Source: Marsupella aquatica
Lineage: Eukaryota; Plantae; Marchantiophyta
DNA: 64,000 nucleotides
Reading direction: 5' to 3'
Assembly: GCA_973895155.1 (NCBI GenBank)
Contig: OZ316894.1
Coordinates: 1,152,853-1,216,852 of the forward strand
Shown here: positions 24,861-35,910 of the stretch, in pieces
Layout of the letters: each line of letters opens with the position of its first letter
How positions within the stretch are numbered: position 1 is the first letter of the stretch
Program-made: the position numbers and the translations under genes
The notes under the pieces: model-generated
What the model was told of the DNA's origin: nothing
Databases searched by the model: none
What the model saw: the letters and a program-made list of their open reading frames with translations, nothing else

Positions 24861-27403
24861 CTAGACGCCTAAAAAGCTTTGGAAGCTCTTATACTTGGGC
24901 TCCCAACCAGTGGCCTTTCGAGTCAAATTATTGTACATTTTCTTCCCCCGAGGTCCATCCACACCTGCATTTCATAGGAGATTCGTCATGGTCAGGAATG
25001 TTTTCGCCATCACTGCAGCTAAGACCATGCTGCATCATACTCCAGTCCCTAGTGCTGCCCTCAGCATGCTTGCAAGTGCAATAAATGGAGCATTTTGAGC
25101 AACCTCTTGGAGAATGTCTTTCATTGACGTGAATTAATAAATGAAAACAGAAATCAGTGCATTTAGAAGGATATAGCGTTCAGTTTATGCAACATGCATT
25201 AAGTAGAGAATGTGGCACCTGTGAACTCTTTAAACTTCTGCTCGAATTTTCCACTCTTGTCGACAGCGTCCATCATCTCCTGCCTGGAATGGGTGAGTCA
25301 CCCACAAACAAATCAGACCTTGAGATTAGCAATGACTAGGCTTGATTGACCTCATATTAAGAGCTCTGAAATCACTCATCAAAATAAACTCTTAAAATCC
25401 TGAAGTCTTGAAGACGAGGGTTGCGTACCTAGTAATCGGACTATTATCGCACCCCATACAGATTTGACCACGGCTTTCGCCGTTCAAAATGGCCACGCAC
25501 AAACTTGCCGCATCCTGTCAAGACACAATGGCAGAGAGACAAGCAGAGCCATTCACAGACGGTTAGAAAACTCATAGCACCTCGTCTCCTTCGGTTTGAG
25601 AGGTCGCACTTAGGACCTCGGCTTATCCTCTTGAAGCCTGGTCTACCCATCAAGCCGTCTCCAAAGAATTTTTCCTCCAAACAGAACTCCAAAGAAACGC
25701 AGGTATTCCCAGGACAAAGGTATGTAGAATAGCAACGCTTGATCACCGGCGGACAACTTTGGTAATGTCCAGAAAAGACGACACTTAATAATGTTCCCTG
25801 TAGAACATTACATGTGGCCGACGAATGTACAAATAACACATCCCAAGCTTGGTAAACTTTGACGCAGACGAGCTCCCTGATTAACAGGGAACAGGACTCA
25901 TTCGACATACGTCATCAGCAAAACGGAGACAGAGTAGTACCTCGTAGTGAATGAGATTCAATGTGTGGTCAGGTCGTCCATCGACAGTCCCCTTACTGAG
26001 ATAGAACGTATGAGCTCCACGATTCAGAAGGTACTATTCTCCGTCAAGGCTCACATTTAAGATACGATATTGCTGTTCTACAATCCTAAGTAGCTTGTAA
26101 ACTCGGAGTTCTACTGACCGTAAAGGCACTGTGACAAAATGCGCAAGGAGGATATATATAACCCGGCAAGTCTAACGACGCTGCCACCGACCTTGAGAAT
26201 CTCATCCTCTGCATCCAGCAATTTATCTGTCCTGGGTCCTCTCCCTCTCGGAACAGAGGGTCCACTTTCCTGCACGGCAAAAGGCTATCAGCAAGGTTCA
26301 TAACCATCTTCATTACGTCCTCGGAAAAGCACTTCCCCTAGGAGGCCCAGAGCATAAATCTCCAGCGAAGATTCACTGTAAGAAAGTGTACCTCGTCACA
26401 GACACCGCTGTCATTGGAATCGTAGAGAGCACTACTGGAAGTGAACAAGAGTGATCCTTCCCCGTTCCACCTCTGAGCAGCTGCCCTGCATCAAACATGC
26501 ATACTCCACCTTCTGACTTTTTCCAGCATTGTGGGACGATAACCACCATTGCAATTGCAGTTTCATGGGGAACTCACAAAAAAACAGCAAATTGATGTCG
26601 AAGAACCCATTAGAACAACACAAACTTCTCCTCTATTGGAGAAATGCCCAACCTGACTTCGGCAACGTAATCCAAACTTCCAGAAGGAGGAGCGCAGAAT
26701 ATGACGTAGGGAAACTTTTCCGTATGTTGTGGGTCGTCTTTCACCACCGGGACAATCCCCACAGATTTTAGGTCCTCATGGCGAGCAGTGGTGTTCGTTT
26801 GACCCACCACCGTACTTCCCTCATTGCCCTGCACGCACAGGACAACACCTGCTCATCACAAATATATGGATCGCATGTCATGAGGGAATTGGTGTTTGAC
26901 TCACCACTGTGCTTCCCTCATTCCCCTGCACGCAAACAAACACCGCTCATCACCAAAATTTGGATGGCATGTTATGAGTAAATTGCTCAGTGCAACATGT
27001 ACAATCATGGAGTACCCACCTTCAGCCAGAGTTGTGCGACGAGGCCTCCAAGTACTCCGGGTCCCACAACCAACAAATCTGCCACTGTCTTTCCCTCGGG
27101 CTTGAAGTTGGTCGTCACAACCCCCACGCCTGCCTCCTGTGACGCCATTGTGACAACTCCCTTCGAGACCAAGCCGCTCCCCACCTGGACTATGGACGAG
27201 AAGCTGAAATCCTCCGAGAAGGCTTTTCTTGCTGCTGCTGCTGCTGCTTTCAGAGGCAGAGCGGCAGTGCCACACCGCAGGCCATGGAAATGGGTCAGCC
27301 ACGGAGTGGACGTGGAGCTGATCGAGGTCGCTGCCGGAGCTTTGGCGATGGAGACGAAGGCCAGACTCGACGACGATTTGGCGAGGGAGCTCGTGGAAGC
27401 CAT
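24861..27403 (-). CDS. Plastid-targeted NAD(P)-binding Rossmann-fold protein (atypical SDR, At2g39080-like). Exons 27403-27020, 26828-26653, 26485-26392, 26269-26156, 26030-25941, 25514-25429, 25283-25219, 24964-24861
   Basis: A Ser/Ala-rich transit peptide is followed by LLVVGPGVLG (Rossmann), FPYVIFCAPPSGS, LFTSSSALY, VVRLAGLY, RGAH, LNLIHYEDAASL and GWEPKYKSF. All exon phases are consistent, and intron 4 is AT-AC. Confidence 0.9.
26031..26155 (-). other. U12-type (minor spliceosome) AT-AC intron, 125 nt, phase 0
   Basis: The 5' end is ATATCCTCC. A branch-like CCTTGAC lies about 12-18 nt before the terminal AC. Removing the intron joins LAGLY to LLNRGAH in frame, and no GT donor exists at this exon end. 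Confidence 0.88.
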
Positions 27404-27717
27404 ACCTGGAGCTTCACGAACTCCACGAAGTGAGATTCGGGGTTTAACAGAAATAACAGCATCTGAAAGCCTGAGGGCGAAGTGGGGGCTTATCGGTTTC
27501 GTAGGAAAATATCCGGACCGTCTAATTAGAGATCGACGCTCAAAGTTATTTTGGTTCTCTTCACTTTTTATCTATTTATGAGAATCACCGAAATTTTTTA
27601 TCACGATGGACTTAGATAACACTTTTTACACTTTTGACTGAAATGTGACCTGTTATCGGTCCCCTTACCGTTTGCAGCCGGTTTAGATTATGTTATTGAA
27701 CCGTTTTCCTTGGTAAC

Positions 27718-27810
27718 TTGACGACTTTACAACCTTGAACCCGAAAGGCCATTACTCAAGATTACCATACGTCTTAACTACTTTCTTCTCAAGGTAGTCA
27801 AAGTTGTCAA
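27718..27810. repeat. Short inverted-repeat element (MITE-like) upstream of the Rossmann gene
   Basis: ttgacgactttacaaccttga ... tcaaggtagtcaaagttgtcaa form imperfect inverted termini of about 21 bp. Confidence 0.5.
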
Positions 27811-28823
27811 CTGCGATCTGCGACCGGTTTGTTTTTTTTTTGGGTGGAAAAGCAACAATTGTTATACGCAGTCCATGGGGATGCCATAAGGATTGGTTGT
27901 ATGCCATTACCATTAGTCACTCCTGGTGAAAGAAAAAACAAAGCAAAAATTACATAATCTTGTGAAAAAATTATGACAATTAATGGCCAAATGCCATCAT
28001 CCCAGATCTCCAAGCTTTGAGATGCCCTAATCCTATGCAAAATGATAATGACTTTACAGATATCATAATAGTGAATGATGTTTAAGCTCTTGAATATAAG
28101 TGAGATTATGGTGAGTTGAAGAATGGATTAATAAGTGAATTTCAATGATTGTGCAAGCTATAAGAGAGTGATAGGTTCTACATGAAAAGGTACACGTTTT
28201 AAGTCCATCTCATGATTGAATAGAAATGTTATCATAATTGAAGAGCCAGGCAGACTGCCTGCCACAATGACATTTTGTACACAGATCATGAGAGAGAAAG
28301 ATGGGATTGCATATTATAGTGTTTAAATTAGATAAAAGAGCCAAAAGTGGACCCAACCAACTGTTAAAACCTCTGCAAACGGGTTTCCCAAAACTTTGAA
28401 TCCATGTGAGCTGTCCGTTGGTTAGATGAACAATCTGGGCTATTTTCAATTATACTTTGCCTTTCCAGAATAAATGGCCAATCCTTCATATAGATACAGA
28501 CGGCTCATCCTGGACCATACTTCTTATTTTATTCTTTAGCAAACTAGCAAACTAAAGAGATCATTGTTGTATTTTAATGAACTTAATTTTAAAAAATAAG
28601 CCTGCAGAGTATCTCAATGGTGTGCATGGTGTCACAGGGAGACAAAAGGTGAGGGGTTCAAAGCACAACTCCCATAGCTAATGTTCTAAAAGTAACTTAA
28701 AGTGGTGTGCATGGTAGTTGAGAGTCAAAAGGAGATCCCATGTATAGTTAAGGTTTTAAAATTTAAAAGGTTGTGCATGATCATTGGAAATCAACAGGTG
28801 AAGGGTTCAAATCACACCTTCAA

Positions 28824-28930
28824 TAGCTAAGTTCTTGAAAACCAGTACTTGAAACCAGTACTTGAAACCAGTACTTGAACTTAGCTACTAGGTAAACTTG
28901 AAACTAGTACTTGAAACCAGTACTTGAAAA
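28824..28930. repeat. 13-bp tandem repeat (gaaaccagtactt)n, partly enclosed by the inverted repeat tagctaagttc/gaacttagcta
   Basis: About five copies of aaaccagtacttg are visible. Confidence 0.8.
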
Positions 28931-29664
28931 TCTTATGAGCTTTCACATACAAAGCACAGCCAGAAGTGAGTCACGCCCAAGAGCATAAGGCCAGGACATG
29001 ACTCCTCACAAGATATCCATACCACGTAAGGCTGTAAGGCTCAGAACGTCCAAAAGTTGATTGACCTTAGGTATGCAATTGTTGTGTGATACTGTGTCAC
29101 CAGTCACAAATAAAAATTATGACTTATAACAACTCCTTACTGTAGGAGCAATCAAAACTACCCACCCCCTATGCATAAAAATTATCATCAGTAGAATTTT
29201 GACTAAACAAATCTAAGACATGAACTATTTTTATGGCCGTGCTTTGACCCTCCCTTTGGCGACCAGATGGCTTGTCTGCATTGTCTTGTCTGCAAGGGTA
29301 CTATATGGGGACATTAGGGTGTCTCAATCCTGGGTCCCGGGCCAAAGTTATGGAAGGAGGGTCCATCCCGGAAACCGCCTTATGGGAGCCCAGCATGGGA
29401 ATTCAAAAATGGGGGGACTGAGGGAGATTTGACCCTCCCCATAAGGCAGTGTTTATGGCCTAAAACCCATTTTAATTATGCAACCCTTTACCTTCCCTCT
29501 TGGTAAAGTGGTGAACCCAACCAACCAGAACCTGTCACTGCAGGTAGAAAGCCCTGGACCTCTTACTCTCTTCCTGAATTCCCTGTGTTTTAAAATGTGA
29601 TCCTGGACCTCTATCACTCTCCTGAATTTCCTGCATTTTAGAATGTGATCAGAGAGCTCATCAA

Positions 29665-29805
29665 CTTTGCTGACACATAATGCTTCCATTGCAATTTAAT
29701 TGCCAGCACAAAACTCGTTGTTAGCACAGCAAATTTGCTGACACATAATGCGTCCATTGCAATTTAATTGCTAGCACAAAACTCGTAGTTAGCACTGCAA
29801 AATTG
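29665..29805. repeat. ~68-bp tandem duplication
   Basis: tttgctgacacataatgc.tccattgcaatttaattgc.agcacaaaactcgt.gttagcac.gcaaa occurs twice. Confidence 0.85.
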
Positions 29806-30447
29806 CAGACATGGTCCTTGTTTGTAAGGAGATTGTGAGGGGACAAGGTGGTCAGGTACAATAGCTCGTCTGTGTGGAGACATCGAGGAGGTGGCTTGTG
29901 TTTGTGGGGACATTGGGGACATCAGGTTCAGAGATTAACCACAGTTCTTAGCTAACGGGTTTCCTCGATTGATTTCTTTTTCATTTTTGCCAATTGCTGG
30001 GTGTGCAATGGTGTCCTTCTCAACAAAACCAAGCTTCCCATCCGATGCAAGTAATCACATATGATCGAGCTGGAAGTTCAAAAACCAAGCTTCCAACTCG
30101 ACGATGGTCGTTAAATACGATCGAGCTAGAAGTTGTCACAGAAGCGGAAGACTGGTGGACTGCTGCCAATTTGGATAGAGTTCCAGAGTGGGAAACATAA
30201 TTTCCGCTGATAAGAACTTCAGAGCTATTGTTACAACAAATGAATCCTGAGTAAACACAAACTTTGAGAACCAAAGTGTTCCCTTTCTCTTTTCCTGTTT
30301 GGAGATGAATCGTACTCTGTTTGCTTCTTTTCTTCTTTCTCTACAGACTCTCCAACATTCTTACAATGTAATCAGACACACATGTCTACAGGCATAATTA
30401 CAATGTGATCTCTCTCATCTACAGAAGTGATCAGGTGTAGTCATCCG

Positions 30448-31347
30448 TCACTCGCTCTGTCCAGCAGCACCGATGGCGTAGCTCGATAGGACTGTCGAGA
30501 GCTCTTGTCGTCCTCTCCACTCTTCGCCGGGCTTGAGTTGGATTGGAGATTGAATTGCGGCAGGCTCGATACACAGCATGTGCTTGTACTCCTCGTCACC
30601 GAAATCCTGCATTGCTTTGGCCTTCTTCTCCCACGGATTCCACACGACTGCATCGGGGAGCCCGTCTTTCCTCAGCACGAGCGTCTTTTTCTTCTCGTGG
30701 TCAATTACCGCAATCTTGCTGGGAGTGGCCAAGTAGACTCTGTCCAGCTCCGAATCAAAAGTAATGGCATCCCCCTGTTCCGTGAGGCGAGCCCTATCTT
30801 GCAGGTTATCGAGGTAATCCAGTGTTTCCAACCCTTCTACTCGTACTTCGCTGATGTCGGAGACAGAGAGGTACGTGTGGCAAGCAAATGTGAATGAGAA
30901 CGGCTTGCTGTCTATATTCCTCACACGCAAGGTCATCGTGAGATCGCCAGATCCGAGCGCCACTCTCAGTCGGAGCTCGAAGTTGTGTGGCCAGATCTTC
31001 AGATCATCTTCGCTAGGTTTTAGGAGGAGGTCCACGGCAGCTCTGGAGTTGTTCACGAGCGGGGGAACATTCTGCTCCAAAACCCAAGTCCTGTTCCGCG
31101 CAAACCCGTGCTGCTCGAGGTTTCCGTGAGGGCCGAACTGCGGAAAGCAAATCGGAATTCCTCCCCTGATGGCCTTGGGAGGCTTAAACACCGCCTTGCT
31201 GCTGAGAAACAGCAACTCCTCTCCCCTCTCGTTCTTCCACGACGTCACATGCCCTCCGAACAGATGCACCTCCGCTGTAGATCCCCGTGGCTCCTTCAAT
31301 AAAATCTTTTCCATACCACTGCTGGCATCCTTCACCACTTCCGCCAT
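30448..31347 (-). CDS. Glucose-6-phosphate 1-epimerase / aldose 1-epimerase (galactose mutarotase-like), 299 aa, intronless
   Basis: Motifs GGHVTSWK, AIRGGIPICFPQF, HGFARN, FACHTYL (catalytic His), VVWNPW and MLCIEPA (catalytic Glu). Confidence 0.95.
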   Translation of the reverse strand: MAEVVKDASSGMEKILLKEPRGSTAEVHLFGGHVTSWKNERGEELLFLSSKAVFKPPKAIRGGIPICFPQFGPHGNLEQHGFARNRTWVLEQNVPPLVNNSRAAVDLLLKPSEDDLKIWPHNFELRLRVALGSGDLTMTLRVRNIDSKPFSFTFACHTYLSVSDISEVRVEGLETLDYLDNLQDRARLTEQGDAITFDSELDRVYLATPSKIAVIDHEKKKTLVLRKDGLPDAVVWNPWEKKAKAMQDFGDEEYKHMLCIEPAAIQSPIQLKPGEEWRGRQELSTVLSSYAIGAAGQSE

Positions 31348-31535
31348 CGATAGTCAGTCGATCCCTCACTCCCCCTCCGATCTCCCTTTCGATATCCGCA
31401 GAAAACGACAATCAAATCAACCTCGAGCAAAGTCCCAGCTGAGCAAACCTCTCGATCTCACACTGCTCTACTCCTCCGCCTTCTGCAATTCAGTAAGCCC
31501 CTACTCCACCAAGTCACCTGCACAACATCAGCAAC

Positions 31536-31615
31536 AAGAGAAGAGAAGAGAAGAGATGAGCAGAGAAGAGAAGAGGAGAGGAGAGGGGACCAGAGGAGAG
31601 GGGACCAGAGGAGAT
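31536..31615. repeat. (GAAGA/GAGGA)n purine-rich microsatellite upstream of the epimerase
   Basis: aagagaagagaagagaagag...gagaagaggagaggagagggg. Confidence 0.75.
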
Positions 31616-31875
31616 GGGCAAGAGTGGGAATGGGAATGAGCTCCGAGATCGAGAGTGGATGGAAGTATGGAAGCCAGACATTCGACTGCGAGAGAGCTTT
31701 GTACAGTCAGCGGAAAAGCGGAGGAGCAGAACACAAATGGCATCAATCCGAATTATCGGTGCTGTGTGTCTGATGTCTCCTGCGTTCGATCGTGTTCCTC
31801 TTTATTTCCTTCTTCTACAGTACTTTTAATTGCCCATATGTCTGTCGTGTCCAACTGCTCTACTAAGGTACAGTA

Positions 31876-32322
31876 GTTGCTCTGCCAGGGGTAGGGGTTA
31901 TGGGCTGTACTCTAATCCCCAAGGGGGGTTGTACTCTAATCCCCAAGGGGGGTTAGAGTACACCCTGGTTGCTCTGCCAGGGGTTGGGGTTATGGGCTGT
32001 AATTCCCAAGGGGTTTAGAGGACAGCCATGGGTTGTGCAAACCCTACACTCTGGTTGCTCTGCCAGGGGTTGGGGTTATGGGCTGTAATTCCCAAGGGGG
32101 TTAGAGTACAGCCATGGGTTGTGCAAACCCTACACTCTAGTTGCTCTGCCAGGGGTTGGGGTTATGGGCTGTAATTCCCAAGGGGGTTAGAGTACAGCCA
32201 TGGGTTGTGCAAACCCTACACTCTTGTTGCTCTGCCAGGGGTAGGGGTTATGGGCTGTAATCCCCAAGGGGGAGGGGGTTAGAGTACAGCCATGGGTTGT
32301 TCAAAACCATGACACTCTAGTT
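31876..32322. repeat. 86-bp G-rich minisatellite, about 5 copies
   Basis: gttgctctgccagggg starts at 31876, 31968, 32054, 32140 and 32226. Each unit has an internal ggctgta/tacagcc inverted pair. Confidence 0.92.
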
Positions 32323-33207
32323 CACATATCCCAAATTGCTCAGACAGGTGATTGTAGAGTACGAGTAAAATGTTCACTGTTTTCCTGGCACTATCAAAAG
32401 TTTTACTCACATTACCCCTATGTTTCTATATCCAACTGCCTTGCTCACAACAACCTGGTTAGTAACATCCATTTTTAGGACTCCTCTTTTGGTTAGCAAG
32501 TTTGCTAACCATCTGGGATCTTTAGAAAACACTAAAAATACAAAAGGGAGCAAAAATCAAAAGAAATTTAAAACCACTAGTGACTCGCTAACAACACTCT
32601 CCTCAGAATCAAATTTGATGGATCTTAACTTAGTAGTTAGGGTTACAAACATAATAAGCTATGGATTACAAAATTCATAATCCATACCTTTTTGCCATAA
32701 AAATTGGTCATATGCCATGGCCATAGTCACTCTAGAGACTAGTGGCAAACAACAACAAATGGGGAACAGCAAGCTTGAGAGGCCCCACTAAAAGAGCACT
32801 TAAGGATTACAGTGTTGTGTCACTTTCTTTCACTTTGGGAAAAAGAGGACTATAGTCGGGCATCTTAAAGCCTGGAAGTGGTTGAAAGTTACAGATTTGT
32901 GGTCCATCTTATAACTCAGGTTATGAGACCCAGTTAAGGAATTTTAAAAATGGAGGGGGGTAGCACTGACCGGCCCCATAAGGAATGAGTTATGGCCTCA
33001 TCTCTGTCTCATAACATATATCATTTTCCTTCATTCCCGATTGCCGGCCTCCTCAAATGCAGCAGCCATCATCAAGTCAGACACACAGCCCACGTGTCTT
33101 CAATCACGGCTTTCCAGTGTTCTGGAGTACTGGATTTCCACATTTCTAGATTTGTGCCTAAAGTTGCAGAAAAGTTACAGGTTAAGTGTTAAGTGTGCGG
33201 GATTTCC

Positions 33208-33330
33208 TTACATGCATAATTACAATGTGATCTATCATCCCAACAGGTGGTATTTTAGTGTAATGTCCACTTGCTCTGTCCAACAGCACCAATGGCATAG
33301 CCGGGTAGAACTCTAGAGAGCTCTTGTGCT
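33208..33330 (-). pseudogene. Decayed partial duplicate of the epimerase 3' end and 3'UTR
   Basis: gcataattacaatgtgatct...cacttgctctgtccaacagcaccaatggcatagc...gagagctcttgt matches 30392-30508, with CpG transitions. Confidence 0.75.
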
Positions 33331-34268
33331 TGAGATAAATTGGAGTTTGTGGTTTATAAAGGTTGTCAAAGCTGGTGAGACTCTTGCGTCTGACCAGATC
33401 AGGTTTAGCGTGGTCATGGTCACACAAGTGGAGGGTTTATTGTTTAGGATCTTTAGGAGAGTCACAAAAATGGTTGGTTGATAGTTTGGGATCAGCAATT
33501 ATCTATGGAGGGCAGCCCCTAGTAATGAAGCAATCTGGAAATCACTCACAAGCCACCCCAGAACAGCCACTTCAAGGTGGAGGACAGCCTCTAACAGTGA
33601 TTCTGTGGAGGGATAATTTGCTCAGCCATCCCAAGATAGCAACTTCTGTGGGGGTTGTGGCAGGTGAAATTATTATTATTTTTCCCCCCAAAAAAGGGAG
33701 GGTGCAAGGCCCGTCAATACAACCAAGGGGACGAAAGTGTGGTGGGTGAAAATTAACTTCCATGGAACACAACTCTAAAGTATATATAAGTTCACATTCC
33801 AAGAAAGGACGTGCTAGCTCCATGTCATTGGTCTTTCTCGTCGCAAATGGCATACCACCCTTCATGGTATGCCATTCAGCTCTTTTGTGTTCTCAGCTAC
33901 AGTACATTGGGTAGATTGATATTATCAAGGTGAACTTTGATTTCATGCTCTAGGGAGAACTCTCTAGAATCAAGACAAATCTTGAGCTTTGATATGAGTG
34001 GCATAACTATGAGTATATGTGGTAACTTTTGTAAACTACATTAAAAAAAAGCTTTGTATCATTCTAGTGTTCACCCGTAGAGTCCTTTGAGCACAAATGC
34101 CTTATTCATAAGACACCAGCCAGCCTGGCTCATGCATCCTTTGATAATTCTTTGCGAAGATAAAACTTTGCCATGTTATGCGCCCCAACTTGTGGGGATA
34201 GGCAATTTGATGATTGAACAGCGTTAAGGACCTGACAAAATGTATGTTGGGGAAAACTAGGAGTGGAA

Positions 34269-34435
34269 ATCTTGTGGGTTGCTATTCTAATGCATTGGCA
34301 TGCATGTAGTGCACCCTAGCATGCAGTCACCCTCTATTCTATATGCCACTATGCACTCCTCCCAATGCATCTTGTGGATTGCTATTCTAATGCATTGGCA
34401 TGTTGTGCACCCTAGCATGCAGTCACCCTCTATTC
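34269..34435. repeat. ~100-bp spaced direct duplication
   Basis: atcttgtgg.ttgctattctaatgcattggcatg...gtgcaccctagcatgcagtcaccctctattc occurs twice. Confidence 0.8.
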
Positions 34436-35910
34436 AATGCACTGATCCCAATGCATCAGCATTTTTCAGACCCACAGTCCAGGCTGCTTAAACTATTCAC
34501 AGCATGAAAGGCAGTCCCCAAACCCTCCTGCTTCACTCAATCCCCACCTCATGCTTGTTGTTGCCTGCTTCAGCCCCTCATAACAATTCTCTATGTCAAA
34601 AGGGGGCCATGGTGTAGTCCACTTGGGATGGAGTTTATAAAAATGATGTCCCAACATCCAATTGATCTTCTTCATCAGTCAATGTGCAATCCGTACTCAT
34701 TAGTGCTCACCTGTGCAGAGAAGTGAAAGGTTCATGGCCGCTGACCTCTCTAGTGGCTTGTCCCCTTTACCTTGGGCAACCAGGATTCAAACCAGGAATC
34801 AGAAAAGCGTGAAAACAAGACCAGAGCTTCACAGGGTTGGGATTTGTTATGCGAAATTCGGGGATGGTGAGGTCGTTTAACTGTCGTTCAGGTCGATAGC
34901 CGAGTTTCGTTTGATGAGAATTTGGCAGTGGTGATTCGTGCTCAATTCATTACAGAAGCAGTCAACAGGCAGCGACAATGCAGAGTCCGGCGAAGGCTTT
35001 TGTGTCTGCTGCAACGTACGTTTTCTTCGTTTACTCGACTTCGCTGTCAGCATTATTCCTCTCCCTCTTTTGTGGTGCTTTGTTCTTCGTCTTTGGAGTG
35101 TGCGACAGGGTCTGAGTGAGCAGAAGAGGTGATCAATGCCCGGAGTTTATCTTTCCTGAGGTTCATATGAGTCCGAGCTGACTTTTCTCAGTAGTGGATC
35201 CCTTTTTCCGACAGGTCGTTCCGTCCGGGCTCTGTATTTTGAGTCAATAGTAGTTGGGAGATACTGGATGTCTGACTTTGCCTCTTCTCTTGTTGCAGTG
35301 TTTCCTCGTTGTTTACAACTGGAGAGGCTGTTATCAGCGAGTTGCCCAAGGATGATGCCCCTGCTTTCCCACCTTGCCGTGTGGGTGGTATGGGGGCCAT
35401 GGGTGGTAAGGATTACTGACGAGCTCTTTCTGAAATTTTGCTCTCACCTTGAGTTTTACATTCAATGTCCAGCATCTTTACGTGGCCTTCTGTGTTCCAA
35501 CTTGAATGATCTCAGCCACTTCTGAATTCCCTGCACCGTAACAGGGTAGTGTAGTATGAACGAGCTGATGAATTCTTTTGAGCTACCTGCATATGAAATT
35601 CTATTCTAAGAGCAATTATTATGAAATTCTATTCTAAGAGCATGGCATTCTTGTCAGATAGCCATTATTCTCATTTGAAACGAAGTCATATCACTTTTGC
35701 GAGCTATTTGTACCAAAGATCGCAGCAGAGCAATGGATACAAGGGAATACATCTTTGGACGGAGGTAGAGTCCCAACCCTAAAATCAGAGACTTACAGGT
35801 CTGCCATCTCGTTCTGAGCGTTTTTGTTTTTTTTGTAGAAATACGGTCTTGACTTCAGAAATCAAAGAAATAAAACAATTTATCTCACGTCGTGGAATGT
35901 CTTGCAGTCT

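Noticed and set aside
24401-25084. 227-aa plus-strand ORF
   Set aside because: It is antisense to the last exon and 3'UTR of the Rossmann gene, starts at TTG and has no recognisable motifs.
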